Source of the DNA: Lepidodermella squamata
Taxonomy: Eukaryota > Animalia > Gastrotricha
Direction of reading: 5' to 3'
DNA length: 64,000 bases
Assembly: GCA_047495785.1 (NCBI GenBank)
Contig: JBLDXI010000004.1
Coordinates: forward strand, 186,001 to 250,000
Made by a program: the position numbers and the translations under genes. Below, one piece after another: positions 51,625-63,897 of this stretch (within the stretch, counting starts at the first letter, position 1; every line of letters starts with the position of its first letter). The notes beneath the pieces are model-generated. The model was not told the DNA's origin and did not search any database. It saw only the letters and a list, made by a program, of their open reading frames with translations.

Positions 51625-53978
51625 AACAAGCACGCAAGGTCAAATTTAACAAAATTTCACACTGTTTTCGAGATTCAATTGAAGCTAATGATAGCAGCAA
51701 TAAAATATGAATGAGTGAGAAAAACAACTCAACTCGGCACGCGCTGAGAAAAATAAAATGGAAAAACAACATTTGAATGAGGTCATCGTAAATATCCTAA
51801 AATATTTCGAATTTTGATTCAATTTCAATCTTCAAATTGTGAAGCTACCAAAACAAAATTGTACAATAAAATAATCGAGGTTTTAAATTTGAATTTTAAT
51901 AAAAACCTAAGAATGATCACACGAGACTAAATAGAATTGCTCATTCAATTTGCATTTTCATGGAAAAGTTTAAAATATGCGAAATTCATCGACTATAATC
52001 ATTTAATAACTCAAACAATCCTGTTTTGGTTGATATCTTAAGAATTATTTCAAGGAATTAGAAATTCATACATCTTCGATGAGTTAGAATTTGCTAATAA
52101 ATAGCGTAGAATTTAACATTGTTCAAGCATGGGAAATAATAAACCCGATGAATCGTAACCTACAATTTGACACCAATGCATGAAAACGGAATTTGACAGG
52201 GGAGCAACGACGAACACTTGATGGTTCTGAACAACGGCGAACTAACAGATTTCACACGTTTGTTCAGCCGCAATTCCTGTAATTTCCTCCCCGTTATTCA
52301 CAGCAATTTGTTCACATTCGTTCCTGAATGCTTAAATTTAATCCACCATAATTTCAGATTACAGAAAAGAAATTGAAAAATTCATCAGGCTGTGGGATTT
52401 GAACCATAGTTCCCACATTCTACACACAGCCTCTATCACCACTTTGCCACTCATGCTCATACGGTGAGTTAAATGCAAGATACCAATGAGTTCGATCAGT
52501 GTCAGTGCGAGGCGGGCCCCAAGGGCAGTGGGGGTCTCGTACCCCCAATTTGCGAGGTGGAAAACCTCAAAAACACAACAGAGGGACGCCATACAATTTG
52601 GCCCCCTAGTTTCAGCATACTGCTGTGCGCACTGATGAATGGCGCAATGCGCAATCGATTCGAGTGCGGGTTTGGTGATTGCAATCTCTGGTTCGATTTT
52701 TGCAAGCCCCTGATTTTTCGTTGTTTTTTAAATGAGATTTAACAGTTGTTTCCATCACTTTTTGGGATGACACTAATGAGCAGGACAATGTGCGGGGTCA
52801 ATCTAACACAAAGCATCCCATCCTTCTCGCGCCTGATTTATTGCTATTTATTTTTTATAACAATGCTCCGCAAACTCATTGGGGCAGTTCGAGAGCTTTT
52901 CTCCAATGATGGCTGGAATGCAGCCGGCTACCCCGTTTCCTTCGATCATGACGCGAAATCATCCTAATTCAGACCTAATTTTCAGCTCAAATCTTTGTAA
53001 TATTGTTAGCTGAAGCTTGCTTCGCTCGCATGTGTTTTTAACCATTGGTTTGCCGGGTCCAATGTGGCAATGTGGCAATCTTTTGATGAGCATTTTCCCT
53101 CATCTTTAAATAGGTTCAAGTGGGAAACAGATGGGCCAAAACAATGTATGCGAGTCGAAGCCAAAACCCCTCAGGCCCCAGAAAAGAAAAATTTGCCGCT
53201 TTCAAGTTGATAAAACGGAGAGATTTCATAAAACGTTGTACCTGTTTTCTATCTGGAACATCCATTAAAAATTGCGTTTTAAACCTTTTAAACCTTTCCA
53301 TTTTGACTTCATCCTGGACTTGGAACGTAGTATGCAATTGTTTTTTATTAAGGTGAATCTGGAATTCGAGACTGGTACCAAGACAGGTGATCAATGATAT
53401 AACCCAAGAAGGCTGGGTTGCATTTGTGGCTTTTGTGCAGTCTCGTAAAATGTTCTGCATGTACAACTGGGAATGGGTATTAATTTTGACTTCTGTTATC
53501 GAAATCTTGATTTAGAGAAAATCTTTACAAAGAAAATAAGTTGATTTGGCCAATGACATGTTAAGGTATTCCGGCAGAGCGGCCAGTTTAAGAAGCCGAG
53601 AGTGTTGCGGCCGTTTAGGGACATTTCTGGCCGCCAACATTTTCAGTAGTTTAACAAGTTTGCGCATCACTGTACTAGATGATGATAACAAAATGTAACT
53701 TTGCATCAACTTCTTTTCCCGCGCTGCCATCCTTTGCAGTGATTTGCGGACCGTAACAAATAACGCTGTTAAAAATCCGCTGGTGGGTTCCGTTAGGTAA
53801 TTTACTCCGAAATTGCTCAACCTTGACTAAGATAAAAAAGTGAATTCCATTACATGAGTGTGCTCATTGCTGTTAGAATTCGCCAAAAATAAACGAACGA
53901 TAACATCAACCAGGATTAGCGGTTGAGATTCAAAATGTTAATAGGATTCACATCAATTATCATAAGTAATCATAGTTC

Positions 53979-54132
53979 CAGTGATCCGACTAGGTTCAGC
54001 TCTGAGGGGGGTAAATCGAGCATTTTGAGCCCACAATTTCCAAATCAACAGGGGGGACCCTTACGTTTTTCTGAAATTTTCGAACGCCAGGGGGGATCCT
54101 TTACCCCCTTACCCCCCGTACTCGGAGCACTG
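53979..54132. mobile_element. 154-bp hAT-type MITE
   Basis: TIRs CAGTGATCCGA / TCGGAGCACTG; perfect 8-bp TSD CATAGTTC; empty site in the paralogous flank near 56570. Confidence 0.9.
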
Positions 54133-54185
54133 CATAGTTCAATAAGATGTAAATATAAGAGTCAGTATATTCGCTGGCTATTGGT

Positions 54186-55392
54186 TTAGCGCATGCCTGG
54201 TACGGCGAAAACGGCGCAATTGATTTCGACAATTCGCTGCTGGCCGAAAGTGAGAACTTGGGTGAACAGGTTCAAGCAAGACAAACTCCCAAACAGGTTA
54301 TCTTGCGGATCCGCCCAGGACCTAGGCAAAGAATAATGAAGAATTACATTACGACATTAGCCGCAAAATTAGCTGAAACCTACCGCCCTAGAATGAACTG
54401 ACCCATTTTCGTTATAGGCCGCGAACCATTCCCAACCAAGCCACCGATCCTGTCGGCATAAAAACTTAGCTTATCGCCATCCGCATCGAGCGTGATTGCT
54501 AGAAACTGCCACGGAGAATCCGTTGTGCAGCCCAGACCGGCACGAGCAATTTTGGCTCATTCGAACAACTCCGAACAATTCGATTTGACCCCTTTGTTCG
54601 CCTGTTTTTGAGAATTTTCCAGCCGAACAACTCCGAACAAATCCTAAAATAGACGAACAGGCTCAAAAACAGGCGAACAAAGGGGTCAAATCGAATTGTT
54701 CGGAGTTGTTCGAATGAGCCAAAATTGCTCGTGCCGGTCTGGGAGGGGATTGAAATTGCGTTTTGGCCGTACGGCCGAATGCTAAAGGATTTGTTATCGG
54801 CCCCTGATAAGACCTTAAGCCCAAGCGTCGTTTCGTCTGGAGCGAATTCGAGTAACGGCTTTGCGAAGGCAACATTGACAAAAAATGCGATAGTGAAACT
54901 TCCGTTGTCCAGCTTAACTTTCTCAGCAGCTACAACAATAGGATCAGTTGTGCTAAAAAAGAAGGATGTGCTCGACACGTTGAAAGGCCCAGCTCTACGC
55001 AGCAGGCCCTTATTCGGAGGCGTTGCATTGGCTTTAGGATCTACGACATCATTGAAGTCGGACACTAACGGCCAAATAGCTATGTTTGAAGGCAGAAGGG
55101 TTGCCAGGGCTTCGGGAAGCCAGGTTTTGCCAGCATGAATTTGCAGGCACCTTTTCCTTACAATCCACAGCTGTTCGCCCAACAGAGCATGATCAAATAT
55201 TGACAGACACGTAATTTGTCCCGGAAGACGACTGGTGTCGGCGAGATTGCCACCAACCCTCATTTTATTGCTCGTTGTTATCGAATATACAAATTGAGTT
55301 AGCGCCCGGTCACAATATACCTTCGATTGCTTGGATGTTCCATCGTAAATAAGCGCGATAAATACCCATGACTGAGATGTCCCAGTTACTGC
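54186..55392 (-). pseudogene. H': 5'-truncated duplicate of the LamG-coding 3' end of gene H, disrupted by a MITE
   Basis: SWVFIALIYDG..LPGQITCLSIFDHALL..IWPLV..FTIAFFV plus a last exon ending AVPGMR* align with 56631-57620; 3' flank ~53795-54185 matches ~56335-56630. Confidence 0.85.
54531..54743. mobile_element. Palindromic MITE with CCC...GGG ends (CMC-like), inserted in the H' coding exon
   Basis: ~85-bp inverted arms starting CCCAGACCGGCACGAGCAATTTTGG; 2-bp TSD AG; absent from gene H. Confidence 0.85.
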
Positions 55393-56630
55393 GATGCTGC
55401 CCACAAAGACGACAGACGCCGGAAAAACTACGTCGCGTCGAATGAACTTGAACGCCACTAATTAACTTTAATTTTTGCGATTAATGCCTGGATCACTATT
55501 TTGTAAACAGTTCGTTGTAAAACATAAGAAGTACAGGGCGTTCGCGTATTAATACTCTGACTGAGCTAAAAATAGCTACAAAAACGCTAAAACGCTAATA
55601 CAAAAAGTAGCAAAGCTATTTTTAGGAGAGTATAATCACGCGAACGCATCATGTCGAGTTGTCGTTTTGCCGAATTGTCGAAATTGGACACTTTGGAATT
55701 GCTACATCTCATGCTAATATTGGCCAGTGTTCAGTCAAACAAACCGAAATAAGCAAATACCGGGTAAACAATCATTGACTGTCTGGGCCATATAGCTTGT
55801 TTTAAGACTTAAGTCTGCGAATCGATTTTCTAATTCTAAGGTTTTTACAAATAAATAATTAAAATGGCGCCTGAATGCTTGCTGGATAAATTGGGTCTGC
55901 TGATCAAGAACGACATCAACAACTTTCTTCTCGAAAAGTACGGTCTCACAAAAAAGCAAGTCTTGAAAGGAATCGAGGAGTTCCGAGCAAAGCACCGGCA
56001 ACTTCACGATGAATTTATGAAAGCAAAGGATCAACTGGCCGAGAAGACGGCTACAGGGACACAGCCGGTTAATCGACTTGAAGAGGCTGAGATCGAGTTT
56101 ACTGCGTTAACTAAGGAGAACGCTAGACTTGGTACTTTTCGGCCTCGATGGCAAGCGAACTTTCGAGCTGAAGCGGCAACGTGATGCCAATGGGTAACCT
56201 ATTCAAAATGATTTTTATTACGCGCGATCAAGCGGAAAAGGCTCACGAGTTATGCGCGAGCAAAACATTGAAGTGGAATGGCTCGAAACTCGAAACCAAG
56301 CACGACCGCGTGATGCGCGTGGCAGGGGGTTCCATTAGGTAATTTACTCAGAAATTGCTCAACCTTAACCTTGATTAAGATGACGGTGAATTGAATTGCA
56401 TAAGGGTACTTTATTTACTTGCTCATTGCTGTCAGAATTCACCTAAAAATAGCATAGTTTATAACGTTCAATACGAACGATAAGAACGATAACATCGATC
56501 AAGCTTAGCGGCTGAGATTCAAATATCCATAAGATTCCCATACTATCATAAGTTGGCATAAGTAATAATTATTTCCATAAGATTTCAATCAAAATGCCAG
56601 TATCTTCGCTTGCTGTTGCTTGTTGTTGTT

Positions 56631-59600
56631 TTATCGCATGCCTGGTACAGATAAAGCGGCGCAGTTGATTTCGATGACTCGCTGCTGGCCGAAAGTGAGA
56701 ACTTGGTTGAACATGTTCAAGCAAAATAAACTTCCATACAGGTCCTCCAGCGGATCAGCCCACGACCTAGCCAAGCAAATATGAACTATGATTACATATT
56801 TAGCTGCATACTCAGCTGAAACCTACCGCCCCAACATGAACTGTCCGCTTTTCGTGACGGGTCGCGAGCCATTCCCAACCAAGCCACCAATCCTGTCGGC
56901 ATAAAAACTCAGCTTATCACCGTCCGCATCCAGCGTGATTGCTAGAAACTTCCACTGAGACTCCGTTGAGCTGGTGATTGAAATTGTATCCTGGCCGTAA
57001 GGCCGAAGGCCATAAGAACTTTTAGAGTTCACTGTGACCTTAAGCCCAAGTGTTGTTTCGTCCGGAGCGAATTCGAGTATTGTCTTTGCGAGGGCAAGAG
57101 AATTGACAAAAAATGCGATAGTGAAACTCCCGTTGTCCAGCTTAACCTTGTCAGCAGCTACAGAAATGGGGTCACCTGAGCTGAAGAAGAAGGCTGAGTT
57201 TGTTACGTTGAAAGGCCCAGCAATACGTCCCATAGTCCTATTTGGAGGCGTTGCATCGGCCCTGGGATCGACGACATCATTGAAGTTATACACCAACGGC
57301 CAAATAGCTATGTTTGAAGGCAGAAGAGTGGAAAGGGCTTCGGGAAGCCAAGTTTTTCCAGCATGAATTTGCAAGCATCTTTTCCTTGCAATCCACAGAT
57401 GTTGGGTCAACAGAGCTTGATCAAATATCGACAGACACGTTATTTGGCCCGGAAGACGACTGGTGTCGGCGAGATTGCCACCAACTTTCATTTTACTGCT
57501 CGTTTTTATCGAATATGCCGCTGCATTGAGCACCCGGTCGCAATATATCCTCAATATCTTGGATTTTCCGGCGTAAGTTATCGCGATAAATACCCATGAT
57601 TGAAATGGCCCAGTTACTGCATTGCATTTGGGCGATGCAACTATAGCATCATTACCTGTACAGTTTTCGAATGAAAGTGGCATATGATCAGAATAAAAAT
57701 CAGAAAATTTACCGAAGTTTGTTCCCATGACGTTGGTCGCAGGGTTGTAGGATATTTGTAATAGCGCTGTATTTTCGTAGAACTCAAATATTGGAAAGGA
57801 CGCATTTGGGAAATCCACGAATCCAACATAAGCAGAGATCGTAAATGAATTGTTGAGAGCAGCGTCGAAAACGAGCTTGCTACTCGCCACCTCTAAATAA
57901 CCGGTTGACATGCCGACCGAAAGGGCTGCGTTAGGATAATCGAAAGGTCCAGTGACGAACGAGGGCGAGGTGCCGCCAGTGAAAGCAGCGCTCATTTTAT
58001 TCGCACTGATATCGTTGATGCCGTATTCCTGCGTGAGGGGGAAGAAAGCCAGGTCTTGGGGTAAGCCGAAAGGCGTCTCTATGATAGGGAAAAGTTCGCT
58101 TTCAGATAAACCGAACGAGCACGTAAACGTACGGTAATTGCACATTTCCAAAGTGTCATACGTAGTATTACTGGATTGCACCTAAGTATATTATATTTTA
58201 TATTTAAATATATTTTGTGATAAAATAAATGGTTTGAAAAGCGGTTGAGCTCACCGAATTTTGCGGGCAGTTTTCCACCACAGGTACGCAAGTCGCCGCC
58301 ATCAGAAGCTGATTAGTGCATAGTTTGTACTATAACATGAAAATAATTAGCTGAAAATAAGCGCAAATGCATTCATAGACTGAGGAAGGAAAGAAATGTT
58401 AATAAATTCGGAAACCCCAATTTTAGGAAGATGCAGTGCTGGTGTTACGACCACATCGGTATGTTGGGTTCTAAACCGAGAACAAAAGACGCGTTAAAAT
58501 CGCAGGGAGGGCTGGTAGCTGTCAAACGCAGTAGGGCTCTGGCTCATGAGGGCGTGAGAGCTTGAGCACGACTGATGAGTGGCGTGAGCATACATTGTTA
58601 CGGTTTCGAAAACATAGCTGTTCAAAATAAATTGTTGTTGGTGAAGAAAACTAAACTTCAGTCAACGAATGGACTACGGCGATCAAAATGACGACGGACA
58701 CCTGTGCGGTTCGTGCACTGCCTGGAAGAAGCCTTGATGGACCCCGCTGCCGCCACTGCGACTGCGAGTATGAATCCCTCTCACATGTCCTTGGTTTCTG
58801 CCCTCGCGGTGCTCTGCTTCGCAACGCCCGCCATCATAGAGTGCGAACTATGATCGCAGACTCCTTGCGTAAGAACAAGACCCTTGAAGTCTACGAGGAA
58901 GTTTCCTGCCTCGCAAAAAATGACGGCCTCAAAAGGGTCGACATTATCGCCTTCAATAAAAACACGAGAGAAGGGTGGATCTTGGACCCTACCATCCGCT
59001 TCGAAAAAAGCCCAGATCAAGCCCTGGAAGTCGACAAAGAAAAACGGGCACACTACGAGCCTTGCGCAGAATACTTCAAGGAAAGATACAATCTAACTTC
59101 CCTCGAAGTAATCGGTCTCTTTGTTGGAGCCCGTGGTACCATCACCAAGTTCTTCCGCGACTTCGCAAAACGTCTCGAACTACCGCAGTCACTCATGTGC
59201 GACATCGTCATTTCAACGATAAAAGACTCATGCAAAATCATAAATAATCATTTGTACGGAAAGAATTAGTTAAATGTAAATACCCGCGTCTATAGGCAAA
59301 CTGTTACTTAGTATCAGTTGTTTTAACAATAAACTACTACCCCCACCACTGGGAATTCAATAATAGACATTTCAATAGGTTTTTGGAAATGTTCGAGAAT
59401 CCTTTTAAGGTAGGTTTCGAAGCAAGTCATAGCGGCCAAATCAAATTAATTTGAGAACAACGCAGCAGATTTGACGAAGCATTCAAGAATGTTTGCCACG
59501 CTTTGTCATCTTCATGCCGTGAAATAACGAACCTTGATGGAGAGACAGTCAGCGTAGTTTTTGCCAAAATCAGTCGAGGCTCTGAAGGTTGAAACCTAAA

Positions 59601-61016
59601 CCATAAAATAAGCATTCAACATTTTTTGTTTGTAATATCGAGCATATATTTGGTTAAATTGCGATTTGTAAAAGATTCTCATTTTTTTTTAGGAGAAATC
59701 ATTATTTCATGAAGCTTCTCCATGTCAAAAATGAACTTGTCCCCATTCATAAATTTACGCTCGCTAAAAATAGCAGCACGAGTTTTTTAAAAATCACGGT
59801 TAAGTTTCATTGAAAAAATGGAAACAATTCTTCAAAAAAACTTGAAAAAAGTTCGATGGCAGGAAAAGACGAAGATCTAACCAAAGTAAGCGGCGACGGG
59901 CAGGAATTTCGGCAAATCGGACCGTTGGCAGATGAACACAAGGCTGCTGGCTACAAATTAAAAAAAAATAAACAGTACGAGATAGAGAAAAGTCATCATT
60001 TTCTCACGCCGGCAATACAGTAAGCCTTGTTCATGAATGGACCGCTGCTGAATTCCTGTGTGATACAACAATTAAAATTTTGGCAAAAGAAATCAAACAT
60101 CCAATTACTGGTGTCAGGCTGGTGTCGGTGCATTGCGTAGATCGACAGCCAACAAAAGTCCGATTGCTCTTCGCAAAACACCGGTAATTCACCACAAAAT
60201 CGGCAGTGTTGCGAATGACTTGAAATTATTCAATTTTAATACTCAGAAAAATGACCTAGGTTGTGTTGGACTTACTTCCTTGTTGATCCAAGCAATCTTG
60301 CATCGTCGGAAAAGTTGTGACAACGGTCTAAAATTAATTTAGTATGAAAATGAGTGGAACAAATAAAAAATTATGCTTAATTCACCCCGCTATTCGGACA
60401 CGAGCCAACGCTTGGGATACACGTTTGTTGGCCGTTGCTGCTGCAAAGCGTTGCTGGGCTAGTCTGCTCGTTAAACATTACATCAAAATAATCAGAAATC
60501 GAGGTTATTAGTTGTGAACCATGAATCGCCTGATGTTGTAGCGGCATTCGTCGTAATTTGTTCCGAAATTGGTACCCATGTATTCGGCGATCTAAGGAGA
60601 ACAGATTTCATGGTAATAATAAATATTAAATTCTAGCCCTCACCAGAAATTCATCACTGGTACAGCCCAAGTTGCGGGGTATGCATCGCATGTCGATTGT
60701 CTTGAAATTGAAACAGCTTCGAGCAGACTAAATTAATCACGTATGACTCTCAATTTTCGAATAGAAAAAGCCCCACCCCTTGTTTGCAGGAGGTAAGACT
60801 TGGCAGCTCAAGTCCCAACTGAATTCGAAGTCAAGGTTTGTATGGATAGTTGTAAATTTTCCTTTTGAATGTTACCTGGGTCTCATCCAATGTAGAGCAT
60901 GTTTCTTTGCAGCCGATGAAAGTGTCATTGAAGCGTGAGAAACAGCGCTTATAATTCGCGGCTAGCGAAGCTGCCACGGAATAGAGAAAAATGACCAAGA
61001 AAAACAAAAGCCTCAT
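56631..61016 (-). CDS. Gene H: secreted protein with 6 four-Cys modules and two LamG/pentraxin-like (concanavalin-A fold) domains (~13 exons)
   Basis: MRLLFFLVIFLYSVAASLAANYKRCFSRFNDTFIGCKETCSTLDETQ | LGLELPSLTSCKQG | SARSCFNFKTIDMRCIPRNLGC.. | .. | VSTFRASTDFGKNYADCLSIK | YKLCTNQ..TCVPVVENCPQNS. A large exon (58181-56827) has two FTI(S/A)xxV..FEF..W.F.AIT..G repeats and LPGQITCLSIFDQAL. The last exon is ..YGSLFCLNMFNQVL..MR*. Confidence 0.82.
58620..59340 (+). mobile_element. 5'-truncated RLE-clade non-LTR retrotransposon, antisense in an intron of gene H
   Basis: ORF 58688-59269 has the CCHC knuckle CRHC..ESLSHVLGFC, RHHRV, and restriction-like endonuclease motifs RVDII..LDPTIR..KRAHY; short 3' UTR ending AATAAACTACTAC. 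Confidence 0.85.
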
Positions 61017-61623
61017 AATATTTCAGCTAAAAAAGTGTTTCGAAAAATAGTTACCATTGAATAAATTGTGAATGAACAATTTAAATCGCGTAATTTTTTT
61101 CCGGTCTCGAGTGTTTTTTTTAGGTAATCGCGTGCCAAGTTGAATTGGCTAGAAAAACATCTTTTTCACTTTTAATTTTTTTCAATTTTAAATGAGGCTT
61201 TGTTGAATGATTGATTAGTTGAAATAGATTAAAATGCCTAAAAAATCTCATTCTTATCGAAGCTTTCGCTGAATCGAAGTCTGAGCAATTTTGGTGACAC
61301 ACGTCCTAAACTAGAGACTGTCAAAGTCAATAAACCGGCAGCATTACGCTGCCTATTTTTTGAAGCATGAAGCAAAAAGCTGTCTGCTCTGTAATCAAGC
61401 AATGCTGCTCCGATCTGGCATTGACACTCGCGAAAAGCTGTTCTCGAAAAGTTTTCTGAAGAATCACAGGCCAGATTTCCCATTTCGCAAAAAATATTTA
61501 AAGTCGCTAAACCGACGCCAAATCAGGGCAACGGATGTTAACAGTAACAATTATTGAAATGTTTTGATAACATTGAATTTTCGATATCGTTTATCTTATT
61601 TCATTTACAATGGAACTTACCAC

Positions 61624-62584
61624 TAGTGATGCGCGCCGATTATTTTTTCTTTAATCGATTAAAATTCGATTTCCACGATAATCGAATCGTGTTAATCGCG
61701 ATTAAATCGTCAATCGAATCGCCCGACAAATCAAATCGATTAATCGTGGGCGCTGTATTAAATTCAAGTATTGTAACAAATATTTGAACGCGCTTCTAGC
61801 ATTACTATCAACTCGTATCCTCAATCTGACAATTCCACGAGATTCTACGCAAAAAACTGAGTAATTCTATGTGTTACTCGACCTAAATTGGTTTTGGTGA
61901 TGCAAAATAAATTGAGTGCAATAAAGCAATAAATTTATTAATTAGTACTAATTATTTCCGGAAGTATGATGGCTATTGAAATTCTGAAAGCAGATTCTGA
62001 TTCCTCGTGAAAAACTACCCTAAGGCGTTTCTAGGGGGGGTTTCGACATGAAAAGAAGCGGTTTTGCCGATTTCTTTGAGATTTTTATTTTTATAATCCA
62101 ATTAATTGATCAATTCAATAGCCGGAAACCAAATTTTGATTGCGCGATTTCTTCACAACCATTCACCCTGTTTTGATGAAAATTGGGGCTCTAGGATAAC
62201 TTTTTACGCTGAACAAGATGATGCGAACCGTTAATTGATAGAGACGATTGGATGAGCGCAAATCGATAATCGATAATCGATAATCAATCAGTTTCCTGTT
62301 ATGCTTGCAATTTTCAAATAGCGAATAGATTTTTCTTAACAAAGCATCCTCCTCATCGAACAAAATGCTTAGAAAAAAGAATGCAGTAGAAGAAAAATAG
62401 AAATAGGAATGAACGTAAGCAGATTCGCCTCTACACTGTCTTGTCAGAACATCTATCATAGCCGATTAATCGGGCGATTAATTGATGCCAGGAAAGACGA
62501 TTTTTGGACGAGCGCCATGATTTAAATTCGATTCGACTTAATCGTGATTTAATCGCGATTAGCCAAAATCGGAGCGCATCACTA
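61624..62584. mobile_element. Non-autonomous hAT element between the divergent genes H and I
   Basis: TIRs TAGTGATGCGC / GCGCATCACTA; perfect 8-bp TSD CTTACCAC; AATCGATT-type subterminal repeats. Confidence 0.9.
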
Positions 62585-63491
62585 CTTACCACCAAATTTA
62601 GTCGAAATTAAATAAATCAGGCTGAAATCGAACAAATGTTTCGCCCTGTTAGGTTGACTTGTTAGGTTGACCGCCACAAAAAGCCAATATTACTATTTCA
62701 TAACTCGGATACAAATTAAAAGTAATTTATTCAATTTATTTAACAGGCACCAAAGTCTGAGATTATTTTGCCTGAAGCGGAAAGGGCTGGTATTATTCTG
62801 CTTTTATGTTGTTGTGATCATTCGGATTTTTGAGAACAAACTTTAAATTTAAATTTTTTAAATATTTTTTGCGAAAAATAAAACTTGAATGTTGACAAAG
62901 GTCGTAGTGGCGAGTACGCCCATGATTTCGGACACTTAGGTACAATGGCGAATTTGCGCAAATTAAAGCGGCAGTCAACATTTGAGTAAATACCTTTCCG
63001 TTGAAACTAAATAACAACAATGCAGCAAATGATGGTCTAAATTAACGAGGGCCACCATCATATAAAAACGAAGAATTATAAAATTCGGAAAAATAGGATC
63101 TGACCCTGAAATGGACGCCAGGTCGGAAGTATACTCTTTGACACGCGACCATCTGTTGCACAGTTGTTTATCAGGGCTGGGCGCCAAAAAATGAAACCCT
63201 AGTTTTTCACTCGTTACGATTTTTTTCAAATTCACACTGATATTTTTGGATTTTTTCAGCATTATCTTTGCGTTTAAATGATTGTTTATCTCATGGCAAT
63301 AACAACAGCGCGTGCTGTTTTCACATATTTTCAAATGCGTCAGATGGAAGTGAACGCGTGCTTTTGAAAACACTTGAACGCCTGGGCTTGAAATTGACAC
63401 AACGAAATTCACATTTCATACAGTTGTATTTTTCAAATTCAAATAAATTATGGTAAATTGATATATGCTATCATTTTTATTGATAATTAGA

Positions 63492-63897
63492 ATGACTTTA
63501 CCTCAATGCCTTGCTACTGGCGCTTCTGATGCTGGCTTCAATCGATGTTGCTTCAGGCAAGCAGTTGAACTGGGTTCGGTGCTTCTCGCAGCAAAGCAAC
63601 AGATTCACCGCCTGCGTGCCAGCTGCGGATGGATGTGATCCAGTCAAAGAATTTCAGGTTTACCTTTTTCTTTGATATGACATTGCCAGCTTGATATTTT
63701 CACCAACAGTGGGGCCAAATTTTCCGAACCACCGGCGTCTGCAATACTGGGGTCCGTTCATTCATTTTCTCGCATTGTATTGCACTAAGTTTGTTTTGAT
63801 TTCTCTACAGAATGGCCGAATGTGCTACAAATACGCGGCTCTTACTACGTTTTGCGTTCCTGGAAATGTCGGTTGCAACAATCCTGGTGATATGAAT
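63492..63897 (+). CDS. Gene I: close paralog of gene D, first three exons (continues past the window end); start may be frameshifted
   Basis: LLLALLMLASIDVASGKQLNWVRCFSQQSNRFTACVPAADGCDPVKEFQ (to 63657) | WGQIFRTTGVCNTG | NGRMCYKYAALTTFCVPGNVGCNNPGDMN (63811-63897). ATG 63492 is out of frame with the signal peptide. Confidence 0.75.

Noticed and set aside
53116-53820. Minus-strand ORF fragments, possibly from a retroelement
   Set aside because: No diagnostic RT or endonuclease motif visible.
55864-56320. Coiled-coil-like ORF, possibly a LINE ORF1 remnant
   Set aside because: Short, frameshifted and without diagnostic motifs.
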